A stretch of DNA of 64,000 nucleotides, taken from assembly GCA_016792625.1 (NCBI GenBank), contig JAEUKK010000044.1:34365-98364 (forward strand), given 5' to 3'. Source of the DNA: Deltaproteobacteria bacterium. GTDB taxonomy: Bacteria; Myxococcota_A; UBA796; UBA2385. Each line of letters starts with the position of its first letter. Position 1 is the stretch's first letter. Below the pieces are notes generated by a model. That model did no database searches. It worked only from the letters and a program-made list of their open reading frames with translations, and was not told the DNA's origin. The translations under genes were made by a program, and so were the position numbers. Positions 1 to 10,180 of this stretch are shown piece by piece.

Positions 1-664
1 CGGCGTCGTCGCAGTCGCCGCGGCAAGAGGCGAAGCCATCGCCGTCGGCGTCCCAGCCCTCGTCGCGATCACTGTCGCAGTCGTTGTCTTCGCCGTCGCA
101 GACCTCGTCGGCCGCCGGGTGTTTGGCCGGGTCGTCGTCGGCGCAGTCGCCCATACAGGGGGCCCAGCCGTCGCCGTCGGCGTCCCAGTCCTCGTCGACG
201 AGGCCGTCGCAGTCGTTGTCTTGGCCATCGCAGCGCTCAGGCTCACCTGGCGCGACGCCGGGCGCCGCGTCGTCGCAGTCGGCGCAGGCCCCGCGGCCGT
301 CGCCGTCCGCGTCGGGGTTGCCGAGGCCGATCTCGTCGATCTCGCCGTCGCAGTCGTCGTCTTCGCCGTCGCAGGCCTCGGGTGCGCCGGGGTAGACCGC
401 CGGGTCATCCGGCGCGCAGTCGTCGGCGTTGGCCACGCCGTCGCCGTCGCGGTCATCCTCGGGAGCGGCCTCTCCGCCGCTGTCTTCGGCGGGGGCCCCC
501 TCTTTGGGGCTGGGCGCGCAGGCCGCGCTGAGCAGGGCCCAGCCGAGGGCCGCCGCCCGCGGGCGCAGCGTCGCTGGGCGGATCCACGGCCAGCCCCACG
601 CTGCGGGCGGGCGCGCGCCGCCTGCCCCACGCGCCCTGCGGATGTCTCCGTGCCCCTCAGCCAT
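1..664 (-). CDS. Lipoprotein with repeated Cys/Asp-rich MopE-like putative metal-binding motifs (3' end runs off the window)
   Basis: Absent from the ORF track because there is no stop in the window. My reverse translation from the ATG at 664-662 (GGAGG 4 nt upstream) gives MAEGHGDIRR...ATLRPRAAALGWALLSAACAPSPKEG (lipobox LSAAC). This is followed by repeats of the form CDGxDNDCDGxxDE..WDADGDG..C.GDCDD. GC3 bias is strong. Confidence 0.7.
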   Translation of the reverse strand, partial: MAEGHGDIRRARGAGGARPPAAWGWPWIRPATLRPRAAALGWALLSAACAPSPKEGAPAEDSGGEAAPEDDRDGDGVANADDCAPDDPAVYPGAPEACDGEDDDCDGEIDEIGLGNPDADGDGRGACADCDDAAPGVAPGEPERCDGQDNDCDGLVDEDWDADGDGWAPCMGDCADDDPAKHPAADEVCDGEDNDCDSDRDEGWDADGDGFASCRGDCDDA

Positions 665-843
665 GCCGCCTCCGCCGGGGGAGGCCCCCGCCGCCTGCAG
701 CCTACCGCAGCCCCGCCGCCTGCCCCGCCCGCGGTCGCGCAGAGGTGGCCGGCCCCGCGGTGCGCCCAATTCTCCCCGAGCGGCCGGGGGCGCGGTCTAC
801 GCTGGGCGCGCCCCGGATCGGCGCGGGGCGCTGTGGAGGTCCC

Positions 844-2625
844 TTGCCCCGCCTGACCCGAGCCGCCTCGCTCTGCTGCCTGCCCCTGATCGGCGGCTGC
901 GCGGCCTTCCTCGACGCGGTCTCCGCCCCGGTCGAGGGCGGCGACACCGGCGCGCCGGTCGAGGCCCCGGTGGTCGACAGCGGCGGCCTCGCCGTCGATC
1001 CCGCCGATCACTGCGGGCCGGTGCGGGCCGACCAGACCTGGGGGCCGGCGGGCAGCTTGCACACGCTCAGCTGCGATGTGGACGTGCAGCAGGGCACCTT
1101 GACCTTGATGGAGGGGGTCGAGCTGCGGGTGGCCCCCGGCGCGGCCCTCACCGTGGGCATCGACGGCCCGGCCCGGCTGCGGGTGGACGGCGCGGCGGGC
1201 GCCCCGGTGCGGATCGGCGCGGCAGAGGGCGGCGGGCGCGGGGCTTGGGAGGGGCTGCAGCTCGGGCCGGGCGCGGCGGGCAGCGCCCTGCGGCACCTGC
1301 GGCTCAGCGGCGGAGGGCGGGCGCGGGGCGGCCTGCGCCTCGACGAGGTCGAGGTCGAGCTGCTGGACGTCGAGGTCAGCGGGGCGGAGGGCTGCGCGCT
1401 GGTGCTGGACGGCGCGGCGGGCCTCGCCCCGGGCAGCGGCGGCCTGCGCCTGCGCGGCAGCGGCGCCCCGGCCTGCGCCCCGGTCCGCGCGGCGGGGACC
1501 TTCCCGGGCGGCGACAGCGACTACAGCGGCAACGACGTCGATCAGGTGGTCTTGGAGGGCGAGGTGGTCTCGGCCTCGGCCAGCTGGGCGGCCCTGAACG
1601 TGCCCTACGCCCCGACCGACGACCTGCGGGTCGAGGGGGCCGAGGCGCCGACGCTCACGCTGAAGGCGGGGGTCCAGCTCTGGTTGGGGAGCGGAGCGGC
1701 CCTGCACGTGGGGCGGAGCGCGCCGGGCGCGCTGCGCGCGGAGGGAGAGGCGGGCGCGCCGGTCCTGATCACCGGCGCAGACGGCTGGGGTGGCCTGCGC
1801 CTGCACCCGTCTGCGGCCGAGAGCAGCCTGCAGCACGTCATCGTCGAGGGCGCGGCCGAGGCGGGCCTCGAGGTGGAGGGCGCGCTGGTCGAGGGCGCGC
1901 GGGTCGATGGGGCGGTGGTCGAGCTGCAGCAGGTCGAGCTGCGTGACAACGGCGGCCCGGGGCTGCTCCTGCACCCGGGGGCCGCCCTGCACCCCCACAG
2001 CCTGGGCCTGCGCTTGGTCGGCAACGCGCTGCCCCTGCGGGTGGCCCCGGCCCAGGTCGAGGGCCTGCTCGGCCTCGGGCTGGTCGCCGTCGACAATGAC
2101 GCGCAGGTCATCGAGGTCGCGGGCAGCGAGCGCCTCGACCGCGCGGCCCGCTGGCTCGATCTGGGCCTGCCCTACCAGCTCCCCGGGGACCTGCGGGTGG
2201 ACGGCGCCGACGGCGCGCCGGCGGTGCTGACCCTGGGCCCGGGCGCGCGGCTGCACTTTGGGGCGCGCGCGGCCCTCCTCGTCGGAGATGAGGGCCCAGC
2301 CGGCCTCATCGCCGAGGGGGCCGCGGGCCAGCGGGTGGAGCTCGGCCCCGCGGGGGAGGCGACCCCCGGCGCTTGGGGCGGGGTGCGCATCGGCGAGCAC
2401 GCGACGGAGGGGGTCTCGCTGCGGTCCTTCTCGCTGCGCTGGGCCGGCGGCGGCGGGCCGCGTGGGGCGCTGGAGCTGCGCGGGCCGGGGCCGCTGGTGG
2501 TGGCCAACGGCGAGGTCTCGGGCACCGCGCCTGGGGCCTGCGCGGTGGCGATCTACGCCGCCGAGGCCACCCTCGGAGATCTGGACCTGCGCGACAATCC
2601 AGGCGGAGACCTCTGCTGGCGCTGA
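844..2625 (+). CDS. Secreted lipoprotein with internally repeated Gly/Ala/Leu-rich segments, function unknown
   Basis: ORF track 745..2625. I prefer the in-frame TTG at 844 (GGAGG at 835-839), which gives the textbook lipoprotein signal MPRLTRAASLCCLPLIGGC. A segment of the type LRV.G..GAPV.I......W.GL.L recurs several times. Third-codon positions are G/C-rich. Confidence 0.75.
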   Translation: MPRLTRAASLCCLPLIGGCAAFLDAVSAPVEGGDTGAPVEAPVVDSGGLAVDPADHCGPVRADQTWGPAGSLHTLSCDVDVQQGTLTLMEGVELRVAPGAALTVGIDGPARLRVDGAAGAPVRIGAAEGGGRGAWEGLQLGPGAAGSALRHLRLSGGGRARGGLRLDEVEVELLDVEVSGAEGCALVLDGAAGLAPGSGGLRLRGSGAPACAPVRAAGTFPGGDSDYSGNDVDQVVLEGEVVSASASWAALNVPYAPTDDLRVEGAEAPTLTLKAGVQLWLGSGAALHVGRSAPGALRAEGEAGAPVLITGADGWGGLRLHPSAAESSLQHVIVEGAAEAGLEVEGALVEGARVDGAVVELQQVELRDNGGPGLLLHPGAALHPHSLGLRLVGNALPLRVAPAQVEGLLGLGLVAVDNDAQVIEVAGSERLDRAARWLDLGLPYQLPGDLRVDGADGAPAVLTLGPGARLHFGARAALLVGDEGPAGLIAEGAAGQRVELGPAGEATPGAWGGVRIGEHATEGVSLRSFSLRWAGGGGPRGALELRGPGPLVVANGEVSGTAPGACAVAIYAAEATLGDLDLRDNPGGDLCWR

Positions 2626-2667
2626 GCGGTCGGGCCCGGGCCGGATAGGCCGCCGGCCGGAGGCCCG

Positions 2668-3519
2668 ATGCTGGTCCACGACGTGCCGCTGCTGCAGTGC
2701 CCCGAGAGCCGCGCCCCCCTGCGCTTTCACGGCACGAACCTCGAAGGGCGCCTGCAAGATGGCGTGCTGGTCTGTGATCACACCAACGAGGCCTGGGCGG
2801 TCGAGCTGGGCCTGCCCAACCTCTGCCGGCCGGCCTGGCGCACGGGCAGCGACGCCGCGGCCGCCGCGCCCCAAGACGCCGCCCCCCTGCTGCTCGAGCC
2901 GGTCTTCGCGCTGAGCAGCCTGCTGATGGGGGCCGGCCGCGCGGCCAGCCTGCGCGACAAGGTGGCCCGGGCCCTGCGCCTGCGCGGCCTGGGCAAGGGC
3001 CGCCGGGCCCGCGTGCTCGAGATCAACGTCGGCACGGGCGCGCACATCGAGCCGGGTTTTGACCAAGCCGGCCCCGAGGCCGACCTGCACTGGTGGGGCG
3101 CCTCACTCTCGGTGGGGGCCCTGCGCACCTGCGCCGAGCGCGTGGCCCGCAACCCCGGCTGGGAGGACCGGGTGAGCCTGCTGCTCGCCGACGCCCACCA
3201 CCTGCCGCTGGCCACGGGCACCTTCGACCGGGTGCTGATGGTCGGGGCGGTCGACTGCCTGCGCGAGCCCCAGCGGGCCCTCGCCGAGCTGGCCCGGGTC
3301 TGCGCGCCCGACGGAGAGATCCTGCTCATCGACAAGCACATCGACCCGAGCCGGCCGATCAACCCGCTGGCCCGGGGCGTGGCCGCGGCGCTGGGCCGGG
3401 CGGCCAGCCAGCCCCAGCGCCCGCCGACCGCCGCCCTGCCCACCGGCTGCCGCAAGGTCGAGGTCGAGGAGCTGAGCCCGGTGCATTATTTGCTGCGGTT
3501 TCAACCACCTCGGCGCTGA
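2668..3519 (+). CDS. Class I SAM-dependent methyltransferase with N-terminal Trm112-like zinc-ribbon-type segment
   Basis: N-terminus LLQCPESRAPL...VLVCDHTNEAW. SAM motif I VLEINVGTGAHI. Post-I/II region LLLADAHHLPLATGTFDRVLMVGAV...L.E..RV..P.G.ILLID is typical of the Methyltransf_11/25 type. Confidence 0.85.
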   Translation: MLVHDVPLLQCPESRAPLRFHGTNLEGRLQDGVLVCDHTNEAWAVELGLPNLCRPAWRTGSDAAAAAPQDAAPLLLEPVFALSSLLMGAGRAASLRDKVARALRLRGLGKGRRARVLEINVGTGAHIEPGFDQAGPEADLHWWGASLSVGALRTCAERVARNPGWEDRVSLLLADAHHLPLATGTFDRVLMVGAVDCLREPQRALAELARVCAPDGEILLIDKHIDPSRPINPLARGVAAALGRAASQPQRPPTAALPTGCRKVEVEELSPVHYLLRFQPPRR

Positions 3520-3526
3520 GGGCGGC

Positions 3527-5893
3527 TCAGGGCACCAGCCGGAGCTGGTAGCTGCGCGAGGTCTCGCCGCGGATCTGCAGGGTTGCCCCGCCGAGATCGA
3601 CGTCCAGGTCGTCGCCTTCGACGGTGATCTCGACCGCCTCGGTCGGCGTGCCGACCAAGGTGTAGCTGGTGCCGTCGGCTTCGCGGAAGCTGCCCCCGGC
3701 GCCAAAAAGCACCACGGACCGGGCGCCGTCGACGGCCTCGAGGCCGCGCAGCTCCGGGTCGAGGCCGCCGGCCGGCGCCCAGGTGGTGTCGGGGGCCTCG
3801 ACCAGCAGGGGGACGATGCTCCCCTCGGCCAAAAACACGGGGATCTCCCCCACCGGGGCCTCGGCCCAGCCGCTCTCGGCGGGGCTCAGCGCCGGCCAGC
3901 GCAGCCAGCGGGGCCCCGGCGGCAGGGCCACCTCGCGCCCCTCGACCCCGGGCTCGACCACCGGCGCCACCAGCAGGGCCCCGCCCAACATCCAGGCGTC
4001 GACCCGGGCGGGGTCGTCGGCGGGGAAGACCAGGGCCGGCGGCAGCAGCACCGGCGGGCCGCCCGCGGCCGCGTCGGCGGCCAGGCCCATGCGGAAGGGC
4101 AGGAGCGCGGTGTGCGCGGCGGCGAGCGCGGTCCAGGCCTCGAGCAGCGCGGGATCACTGTCGATCTGCACGTTGTCGAGCGACTGGTTGCCGTGGTGGG
4201 TGCGCAAGATCGGCGAGTAGGCGCCCAGCGCGGCCCAGCGCAGCAGCAGCTCGGCGTCGCGCGGCGGGTTGGTGGCCGATTGGTAGCCGCCGACGTCATG
4301 GGTGAACAGCGGCACGCCCGAGGCGCCGGCCCCCAGGCCCATGGGGATGACGCTGGGCAGGCCGTCATCGACCTCCCAGCTCGTGCGCTGGTCACCCGCC
4401 CAGACCACCGGCGCGAGGCCAGGGGTCCGCACCCAGCCCGAGCGGGCGAAGAAGGCCACCCGGTCGCCGGCCGCGGCGCCCGCCGCGTGCGCCTGCTGCC
4501 ACCACTCGGGGTAGCGGTTGTGGGCCGCCTGCCCGGTGCGCCCGTCGGCCAGGGCCGCGTCGGTGGGCAGCCACTCGGCGAAGTCGGCCATCCAGCCGCC
4601 GATGCCCAGGGTCGCTGCCTCGGCGGTGCGCGCTTCGACGAAGGCCAAACCCGCCGGCCCGCTGAGGTCGACCACCGAGATCGGCTCAAGGAAGGGGCCG
4701 GGGAACAGCGAGGGCCCCCCGTCGGGCCCCTGCAGCACCGCGCCGGCCGCCTCGGCCTCGGCGTAGGTCTGGGTGCCGGTGGTCAAGAAGGGCGCGAAGT
4801 AGGCCAGCCAGCGGAAGCCCTGGGCGTCGAGCTCGTCGATCATGACGTCAGCGTCGGTGTAGAGCTCTTCTCCGAGGCCCCACTCGGGGCCCGGGTGGTA
4901 GCCGAAGACCGGCGAGTCGATCGCCCCGCGCCAGTCCTCGCTCCAGATGGCGCTGCTCGGCGCGCCGGCCGCGCGCAGGGTCGCCGCGTGGCCGCGCACC
5001 ACCTCGGGCCCGCGGATGGCGTCGTTCCAGGGGCCGAACACCCAGGGGTCGGGCAGCGGGGCGCGCCCGACCACCCCGGCTTGGCCGCGCAGCACGTCGC
5101 GGGGATCGTCGCCGACCACGATCACCAGCTCGACGGCGGCCGTGTCCCAGGCGAGCATGGAGAAGCGGCCGGCGTCGGCCGCGCAGAGGTCGAGATCGAC
5201 GCGCCCGTCGGCGTCGAGCAGCAGGCCGTGGTTGAGGTGCGGGCGCAGCAGCCAGGGCATGGGGAAGCTGCTGCTGTGGCGGGTGCCCTTGGTGAACCAG
5301 TCGTCGGGCGGCGCCTCGCTGTCGACCTTGCCGATGCCCGGCTCGCTGACCCAGAGGTAAAAGGCCTCGCCGACGTGATCAACGTCGAAGGCGTGCAGGC
5401 CCGCGCCGAGGAAGTGATCGGCGCTGGTGCAGTCGGCGGCGAAGCCGAGGCGATCATCGCCGCCCGCCCCGATCAGGCGCAGGCGCAGGCGCTGGGGGCC
5501 ATCTTCGCGCAGCTCGATCACGCCCGCCCCGGCCTCGAGGCGCAGGGCCTCGCCCTCGCGCCGCAGGGTGGTCAGCGGCTCTTCGTCGAGCTGGGCCTGC
5601 ACGTCGGTGAAGCGGTAACTTCCGACCCGCATCTCGACCGCCGCGCTGCCTGTGCCGCGCAGCAGGCGCAGGCCCTCGACCGGCTGGCCCCGCGGCCCCA
5701 CGAGATCGAGCGCGCCATCGGGGCGGAGCTGCGCCGTCCAACCGCCGAGGGTGGCCTCAGTCACGCTGTCTTCGGAGCCGCCGCCGGGCGCCTTCCCGCC
5801 CTCGCCGCAGCCGGCCGGACCAAAAGGGAGGGCGGAGACCAGGATCGCGCAGGGGAGGGGGCGCGCCGCGCGGCGCGAGGTGTTGGGGCGCAC
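3527..5893 (-). CDS. Glycoside hydrolase family 31 (alpha-glucosidase/xylosidase-like) lipoprotein
   Basis: C-terminal 788 aa of track ORF 3527..6799. GH31 hallmarks are present: GWMADFAEWLP, WAGDQRTSWE, THDVGGYQ and SPILRTHHG. The in-frame GTG at 5893 yields a lipoprotein signal (M)RPNTSRRAARPLPCAILVSALPFGPAGC. The part of the ORF upstream of 5893 is antisense to the acyltransferase gene. Confidence 0.9.
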   Translation of the reverse strand: MRPNTSRRAARPLPCAILVSALPFGPAGCGEGGKAPGGGSEDSVTEATLGGWTAQLRPDGALDLVGPRGQPVEGLRLLRGTGSAAVEMRVGSYRFTDVQAQLDEEPLTTLRREGEALRLEAGAGVIELREDGPQRLRLRLIGAGGDDRLGFAADCTSADHFLGAGLHAFDVDHVGEAFYLWVSEPGIGKVDSEAPPDDWFTKGTRHSSSFPMPWLLRPHLNHGLLLDADGRVDLDLCAADAGRFSMLAWDTAAVELVIVVGDDPRDVLRGQAGVVGRAPLPDPWVFGPWNDAIRGPEVVRGHAATLRAAGAPSSAIWSEDWRGAIDSPVFGYHPGPEWGLGEELYTDADVMIDELDAQGFRWLAYFAPFLTTGTQTYAEAEAAGAVLQGPDGGPSLFPGPFLEPISVVDLSGPAGLAFVEARTAEAATLGIGGWMADFAEWLPTDAALADGRTGQAAHNRYPEWWQQAHAAGAAAGDRVAFFARSGWVRTPGLAPVVWAGDQRTSWEVDDGLPSVIPMGLGAGASGVPLFTHDVGGYQSATNPPRDAELLLRWAALGAYSPILRTHHGNQSLDNVQIDSDPALLEAWTALAAAHTALLPFRMGLAADAAAGGPPVLLPPALVFPADDPARVDAWMLGGALLVAPVVEPGVEGREVALPPGPRWLRWPALSPAESGWAEAPVGEIPVFLAEGSIVPLLVEAPDTTWAPAGGLDPELRGLEAVDGARSVVLFGAGGSFREADGTSYTLVGTPTEAVEITVEGDDLDVDLGGATLQIRGETSRSYQLRLVP

Positions 5894-5995
5894 GGTCAGC
5901 TCCGTGGTCGGGTTTGCACAGGTTCGCTCTTCGCAACCGTTTGCGAGCAGGCTAATTACCTTTCGTTGACACAACCCCCACCGCAGGTCTCCGCG

Positions 5996-6772
5996 ATGTC
6001 CACCGCAGTCGCACCGCAGCGCGTCAACTACGCCCGGGCCGCGCTCAACTGGGGCCGGGTCGCCTTCCGCGTGCTCCTCTGGGGCAGCATGGCCCTGGTC
6101 GTCGACGTCTTCGCGCCCTTCTGGCGCCCGGCCCGCCGCGCCTCCCAGTGGATCATGTACATGTGGGCCAAGCGCTCCGCCTGGGGCCTGGGCATCCGCA
6201 GCCAGCTCATCGGCGCCGAGCACCTCGCGGCCGCGCCCCAGTGTGTGCTGGTCGCCAACCACTTGAGCTTGCTCGACGTGCTGATCCTCGGCGGCTACCT
6301 CAACCTCGACTATCGCTGGGTGGCCAAAGAGGGCGTGTTCAAGGTGCCGATCATGGGCCAGCACATGAAGTTGGCCGGGCACATCCCGGTGTACCGCAAA
6401 GAGCCCGAGAAGAACCGCAGCCTCCCCGTGCGGATCCACGAGGCCTGCAAGCAGGGCGCCTCCCTCTTCTTCTTCCCCGAGGGCACCCGCAGCCCCGACG
6501 GCCAGCTCCAGGCCTTCCGCGTCGGCGCCTTCCGCACCGCGGTCGACGAAGAGCTGCCGGTGGTGCCGATCATCCTCCGCGGCACCGACACGCTGCTGCG
6601 CAAGGGCAGCAAAGACCTGAGCATCGACGCCAGCTGCGTGTGCACGGTCGAGGTCCTGCCCCCGATCTACCCGCCGCCGGGCGACGACCCCAAGCAGCGG
6701 GCCGAGCGCATGCGCGACGAGGTCTGGCAGCTCTTCGCCGACCGCCTCGACCAGGGCCGCCTCGCCAGCTGA
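5996..6772 (+). CDS. 1-acyl-sn-glycerol-3-phosphate acyltransferase family (PlsC-type lysophospholipid acyltransferase)
   Basis: ATG at 5996, in frame with track ORF 4112..6772. Block I HxxxxD motif NHLSLLD and block III FPEGTRS are present, with an N-terminal hydrophobic segment. Confidence 0.9.
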   Translation: MSTAVAPQRVNYARAALNWGRVAFRVLLWGSMALVVDVFAPFWRPARRASQWIMYMWAKRSAWGLGIRSQLIGAEHLAAAPQCVLVANHLSLLDVLILGGYLNLDYRWVAKEGVFKVPIMGQHMKLAGHIPVYRKEPEKNRSLPVRIHEACKQGASLFFFPEGTRSPDGQLQAFRVGAFRTAVDEELPVVPIILRGTDTLLRKGSKDLSIDASCVCTVEVLPPIYPPPGDDPKQRAERMRDEVWQLFADRLDQGRLAS

Positions 6773-6849
6773 GCGCGGCTGGCGTCCTCGTGGTGTCAAA
6801 ACGGCCCACCCGGGCGGGTGCGGGCCGTGGCGGCGTGTAGCATCGGGGC

Positions 6850-8832
6850 ATGTCCCAGCGCCACGCCCGACCCGACCCCGACGCCCTCCGCCGCGCGGCC
6901 TGGGCGCAGCGCCTCATCACGGCGCTCGGGCTCGGGCTGCTCGGCCTGCAGGTCTGGCGGGCCCGGCCCTTCCTCACCGACGACACCTTCATCAGCCTGC
7001 GCTACGCGGCCCGGCTGCTCGACGACAAGGGCCTGACCTGGACCGACGGCGAAGCGGTGGAGGGCTACAGCAACCTGCTGTGGGTGCTGTTGATGGCCGC
7101 GGCCGGGCTGCTCGGCCTGCCCATGCACCACGCTGCGGTCGGCCTCGGCTTGGTCTGTGCGGTCGCGCTGATCGTCGTGGTGCAGCGCGCCCTGCGCCCG
7201 GCCGGCCCCTGGGCTGAGCTAGGCGGGGTCGTGGCGCTCGGGCTCTCGGCGCCCTTGGGGGCCTGGGCCCAAGCGGGCCTCGAAGCGCCGCTCTTCGCCT
7301 TGTTGGTCGGGGCGGCCGCCGCCGGGCTGCTCCCCGTGGTCGCCGAGGGCGCGCCCCGCCTGCGGGCCCTGCCCCTCGACGCCCTTCAGGGCCCGACCCT
7401 CCTGCTCTGCGCCGCCGTGCTGACCCGCCCCGACGCGCCGGTGGCGGTGGCCGGCCTCGCCGCGGGGCTCTGGCTGGCCGGGGGCCAAGACCTGCGCGCC
7501 GCCCGCATGGCCGCGGTGCTCAGCCTGCCACCTGCGTTGACTTTTGGCGCCCAGACGCTGTTTCGGTGGTTCACCTACGGCGCGCTGGTGCCCAATACCG
7601 CCCACGCCAAGCTCGGCGGCCCGCCGCTCGACGTGGCCGAGGCCGGCCTGCGCTACCTCTGGCCGTACCTCGCCGCCGGCGGCTACCTCTGGCTGGCCGG
7701 GCTGGTCGGCGCGGCCTTCGCCCCGCCGGCGCTGCGCGGGGCCCTGCGCCTGCTCCTGCCGCTCTGCGGGCTGTGGATGCTGTGGGTGCTGCGGGCGGGC
7801 GGTGACCACTTCCCCGCCTGGCGCGTTGTTTTGGTGCTTGAGCCGGCGCTGGCCCTGCTGGTGGGGGCGGCGAGCGCGGCCCTGGCCCAGCGGCTGCCCC
7901 CGGCGCTCGGCGGGCGGGCGCGGGCGGCCCCGCTCATCACCGCCCTGAGCGTGGGCCTGCTCGGCCTCTGGCATGAGCGGGCCCAAGAGCGGGCCCCGGC
8001 CATCGGCTTGGTGCGTTTTGGCGACGACTGGGCCCAGCGCATCGAGCCGGTGGGCAAGCTGCTCAAGGTGGCCTTCGGCCCGCACCAGCCGCTGCTCGCC
8101 ACCTGCGCGGCCGGCGCGCTGCCCTACTGGTCCGAGCTGCCCGCCCTCGACCCGCTGGGCCTGACCAACGCCCACATCGCCCGGCAGCGGCTGCGGCCCG
8201 ACCATCCCGGCATGCACGGCCACGAGGCAGGCGACACCGCCTACGTCGTCGCCCAGCGCCCCGACATCTACATCTTCTGCGCGCCCCGGGGCGGCGCCGA
8301 GGCCTGCCTGCCCCAAGAAGAAGAGCTGCTCGCCCACCCCGCGGTGCAGGCCGACTATGTCGTGCGCTGGATCGAGGGGCACGACCCGATGCCTTCACGC
8401 TCTGGGCCGCTGTTCTCGCTGACCAGCGAGCGCCTGGGCATCGAGCGCAGCGAGGCCGAGCTGCTGCTGCCCGGCTGGCTCTTCGCCGACGACCCGGCGC
8501 ACCCCGCGCGCCTCGACGCGGCGGGGCGGCTGGTGCTGCGCCGCGAGGCGGGGGCGGTGGCGCGCCTCGACAAGCTGCCGGTGCGCGGGCCCCAGTGGCG
8601 GGTGGCGGTCGAGACCAGCCCGCCGGGCGCGGCGGTGGTGGGCGAGGTTCAGGTCGATGGAGCCCGTCGCGCCGCGATCACCCTGCGCTTTGACGCGCCG
8701 GCCACCGTGGTCGCCGTGCGCCTCGAGGCGGTGCGGGCCGACGAAGGGGCGGCGGGGGCGGCCCCGGCGGGCGCGCAGCCCAGCGCCGCAGCCGAGGCCC
8801 CGCCCGGGGCGCTCAGAGCTTCATCGCGCTGA
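6850..8832 (+). CDS. Polytopic membrane protein, probable GT-C-fold glycosyltransferase (function tentative)
   Basis: 660 aa with more than 10 hydrophobic segments. An acidic motif sits in the first loop (FLTDDTFISLRYA), as in GT-C lipid-linked-sugar transferases, and the C-terminal domain is soluble. Its 3' end overlaps the convergent gene by 20 nt. Confidence 0.75.
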   Translation: MSQRHARPDPDALRRAAWAQRLITALGLGLLGLQVWRARPFLTDDTFISLRYAARLLDDKGLTWTDGEAVEGYSNLLWVLLMAAAGLLGLPMHHAAVGLGLVCAVALIVVVQRALRPAGPWAELGGVVALGLSAPLGAWAQAGLEAPLFALLVGAAAAGLLPVVAEGAPRLRALPLDALQGPTLLLCAAVLTRPDAPVAVAGLAAGLWLAGGQDLRAARMAAVLSLPPALTFGAQTLFRWFTYGALVPNTAHAKLGGPPLDVAEAGLRYLWPYLAAGGYLWLAGLVGAAFAPPALRGALRLLLPLCGLWMLWVLRAGGDHFPAWRVVLVLEPALALLVGAASAALAQRLPPALGGRARAAPLITALSVGLLGLWHERAQERAPAIGLVRFGDDWAQRIEPVGKLLKVAFGPHQPLLATCAAGALPYWSELPALDPLGLTNAHIARQRLRPDHPGMHGHEAGDTAYVVAQRPDIYIFCAPRGGAEACLPQEEELLAHPAVQADYVVRWIEGHDPMPSRSGPLFSLTSERLGIERSEAELLLPGWLFADDPAHPARLDAAGRLVLRREAGAVARLDKLPVRGPQWRVAVETSPPGAAVVGEVQVDGARRAAITLRFDAPATVVAVRLEAVRADEGAAGAAPAGAQPSAAAEAPPGALRASSR

Positions 8833-10180
8833 TGTTCCAGGTCAGGGTGCCCGCGTCGAGCGCGCCCAGCTTCTGCTTGGTGAAGGTGCGCGTCTCGGCG
8901 TTGAAGTCGTAGCGCTTGAGCTCGCGCTGGTCGTCGGCGGCGACGTAGAGCTCGATCTTGCCGTCGCCGTCGAGGTCGGCGGGGTAGGCGGCGTGCTCAA
9001 AACCGCTCGAGATGGCGTCGATGACCACCGGCGCGTCCCACACAAAACCGCCCTTGCCGTCGCTCTTGCCGTCGATGAAGTACAGGCCGGTCTTGAACGA
9101 GGCGGCGACCAGCTCATCAAAACCGTCGCCGTCGAAGTCGCCGACCACGAGGAAGCGGGTCTGGCGGTCTTGGATGGTCGCCACGGTCTGGTGGTCAAAG
9201 CCGCTGCCGTCGGCCTTCTTGGTGTAGCGGCGGATCTCGACCGGCTTCACGATGGTCTTGGCCGCGTCGATCTCGGCCTCGAGCACGCTGAAGACCTCGG
9301 ACTTGCCGTCGTGGTCGAGGTCGGTGGCGAGCACCTCTTTGGCGTGGGTGTGTGGCCCGCCGTCGATCACGCTGCGCGTGTACTTGCCGTCGGCGAAGGT
9401 GTACATGACGATCTCGCCGGCCTGGCTGGCGTTCGCCTTGTTGCGGTCGCTCGGCGTGGCGTAGAACTCCTTCTTGCCGTCGCCGTCCATGTCGCCGATC
9501 TCGATCTCGTGCACGAAGGTGTCGGCCTTGGCGTCGAGCTCGATGACCTCGGGCGGCGCGCCGCCCTCGCCGGGGTTGTAGACGACGATGACGCCGCCGT
9601 CGTGGGTGGCCATCACCAGCTCATCTTTGCCGTCACCGTCGACGTCGCCGATCTCGAGGTCGCGCAGGCGGTTGAACTGGCCGCCCCAGCCCTCGGGTTT
9701 GCCCCAGAGCAGCTCGCTCTGCCAGGCGCCGTCTTTGAGCGTCCACTTCTTGAGCAGGGCCTTCTCGGCGCCGATGGTCAGCAGGCCGCCATCGGGCGTG
9801 GGGATGGCCTTGTGAAAGACGTTGCTGTCGCCATCTTCGAGCTTGAGCGCCGACCAGCCGGCCGCGCCCTGGCGCCAGATCTGCAGGCGGGCCGGGCCCG
9901 GCTTCTGCTTGCCGTTCGCGTCTTTGTAAAACCACGCCTGGGACAGCAAGATCGCCGAGGCCTGGGGGCCCTCAATCTTGTCTTGCACCGGGGCCGGCGG
10001 GCCGCTGGCCGCCGCCGCGTCACCCTTGGCCTTGCCCTTGTCGGCCTGCGCCGCGGGCTTCGGCCCGTCGACGGGCTTGGGGGCCTCGCCGCTGCAGGCG
10101 TACAGGGTCAGCGAGGCCGCGACGCCGAGGGCGAGGACGCCGAGCAGCGCGCGAGAAGGGGAGGCGGAGGTGGAGGACAT
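8813..10180 (-). CDS. FG-GAP/VCBS-repeat lipoprotein
   Basis: Signal plus lipobox MSSTSASPSRALLGVLALGVAASLTLYAC. Repeated Ca-binding-loop-like motifs are present: GDVDGDGKDE, GDMDGDGKKE, TDLDHDGKSE, GDFDGDGFDE and ADLDGDGKIE. Confidence 0.9.
   Translation of the reverse strand: MSSTSASPSRALLGVLALGVAASLTLYACSGEAPKPVDGPKPAAQADKGKAKGDAAAASGPPAPVQDKIEGPQASAILLSQAWFYKDANGKQKPGPARLQIWRQGAAGWSALKLEDGDSNVFHKAIPTPDGGLLTIGAEKALLKKWTLKDGAWQSELLWGKPEGWGGQFNRLRDLEIGDVDGDGKDELVMATHDGGVIVVYNPGEGGAPPEVIELDAKADTFVHEIEIGDMDGDGKKEFYATPSDRNKANASQAGEIVMYTFADGKYTRSVIDGGPHTHAKEVLATDLDHDGKSEVFSVLEAEIDAAKTIVKPVEIRRYTKKADGSGFDHQTVATIQDRQTRFLVVGDFDGDGFDELVAASFKTGLYFIDGKSDGKGGFVWDAPVVIDAISSGFEHAAYPADLDGDGKIELYVAADDQRELKRYDFNAETRTFTKQKLGALDAGTLTWNISAMKL

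Noticed and set aside
5894-6799. N-terminal 300-aa extension of the GH31 ORF (track ORF 3527..6799), and the 5' 628 codons of + ORF 4112..6772
   Set aside because: Each extension is antisense to a well-supported gene (the acyltransferase and GH31 respectively). A lipoprotein signal at GTG 5893 and the ATG at 5996 give sensible gene starts.
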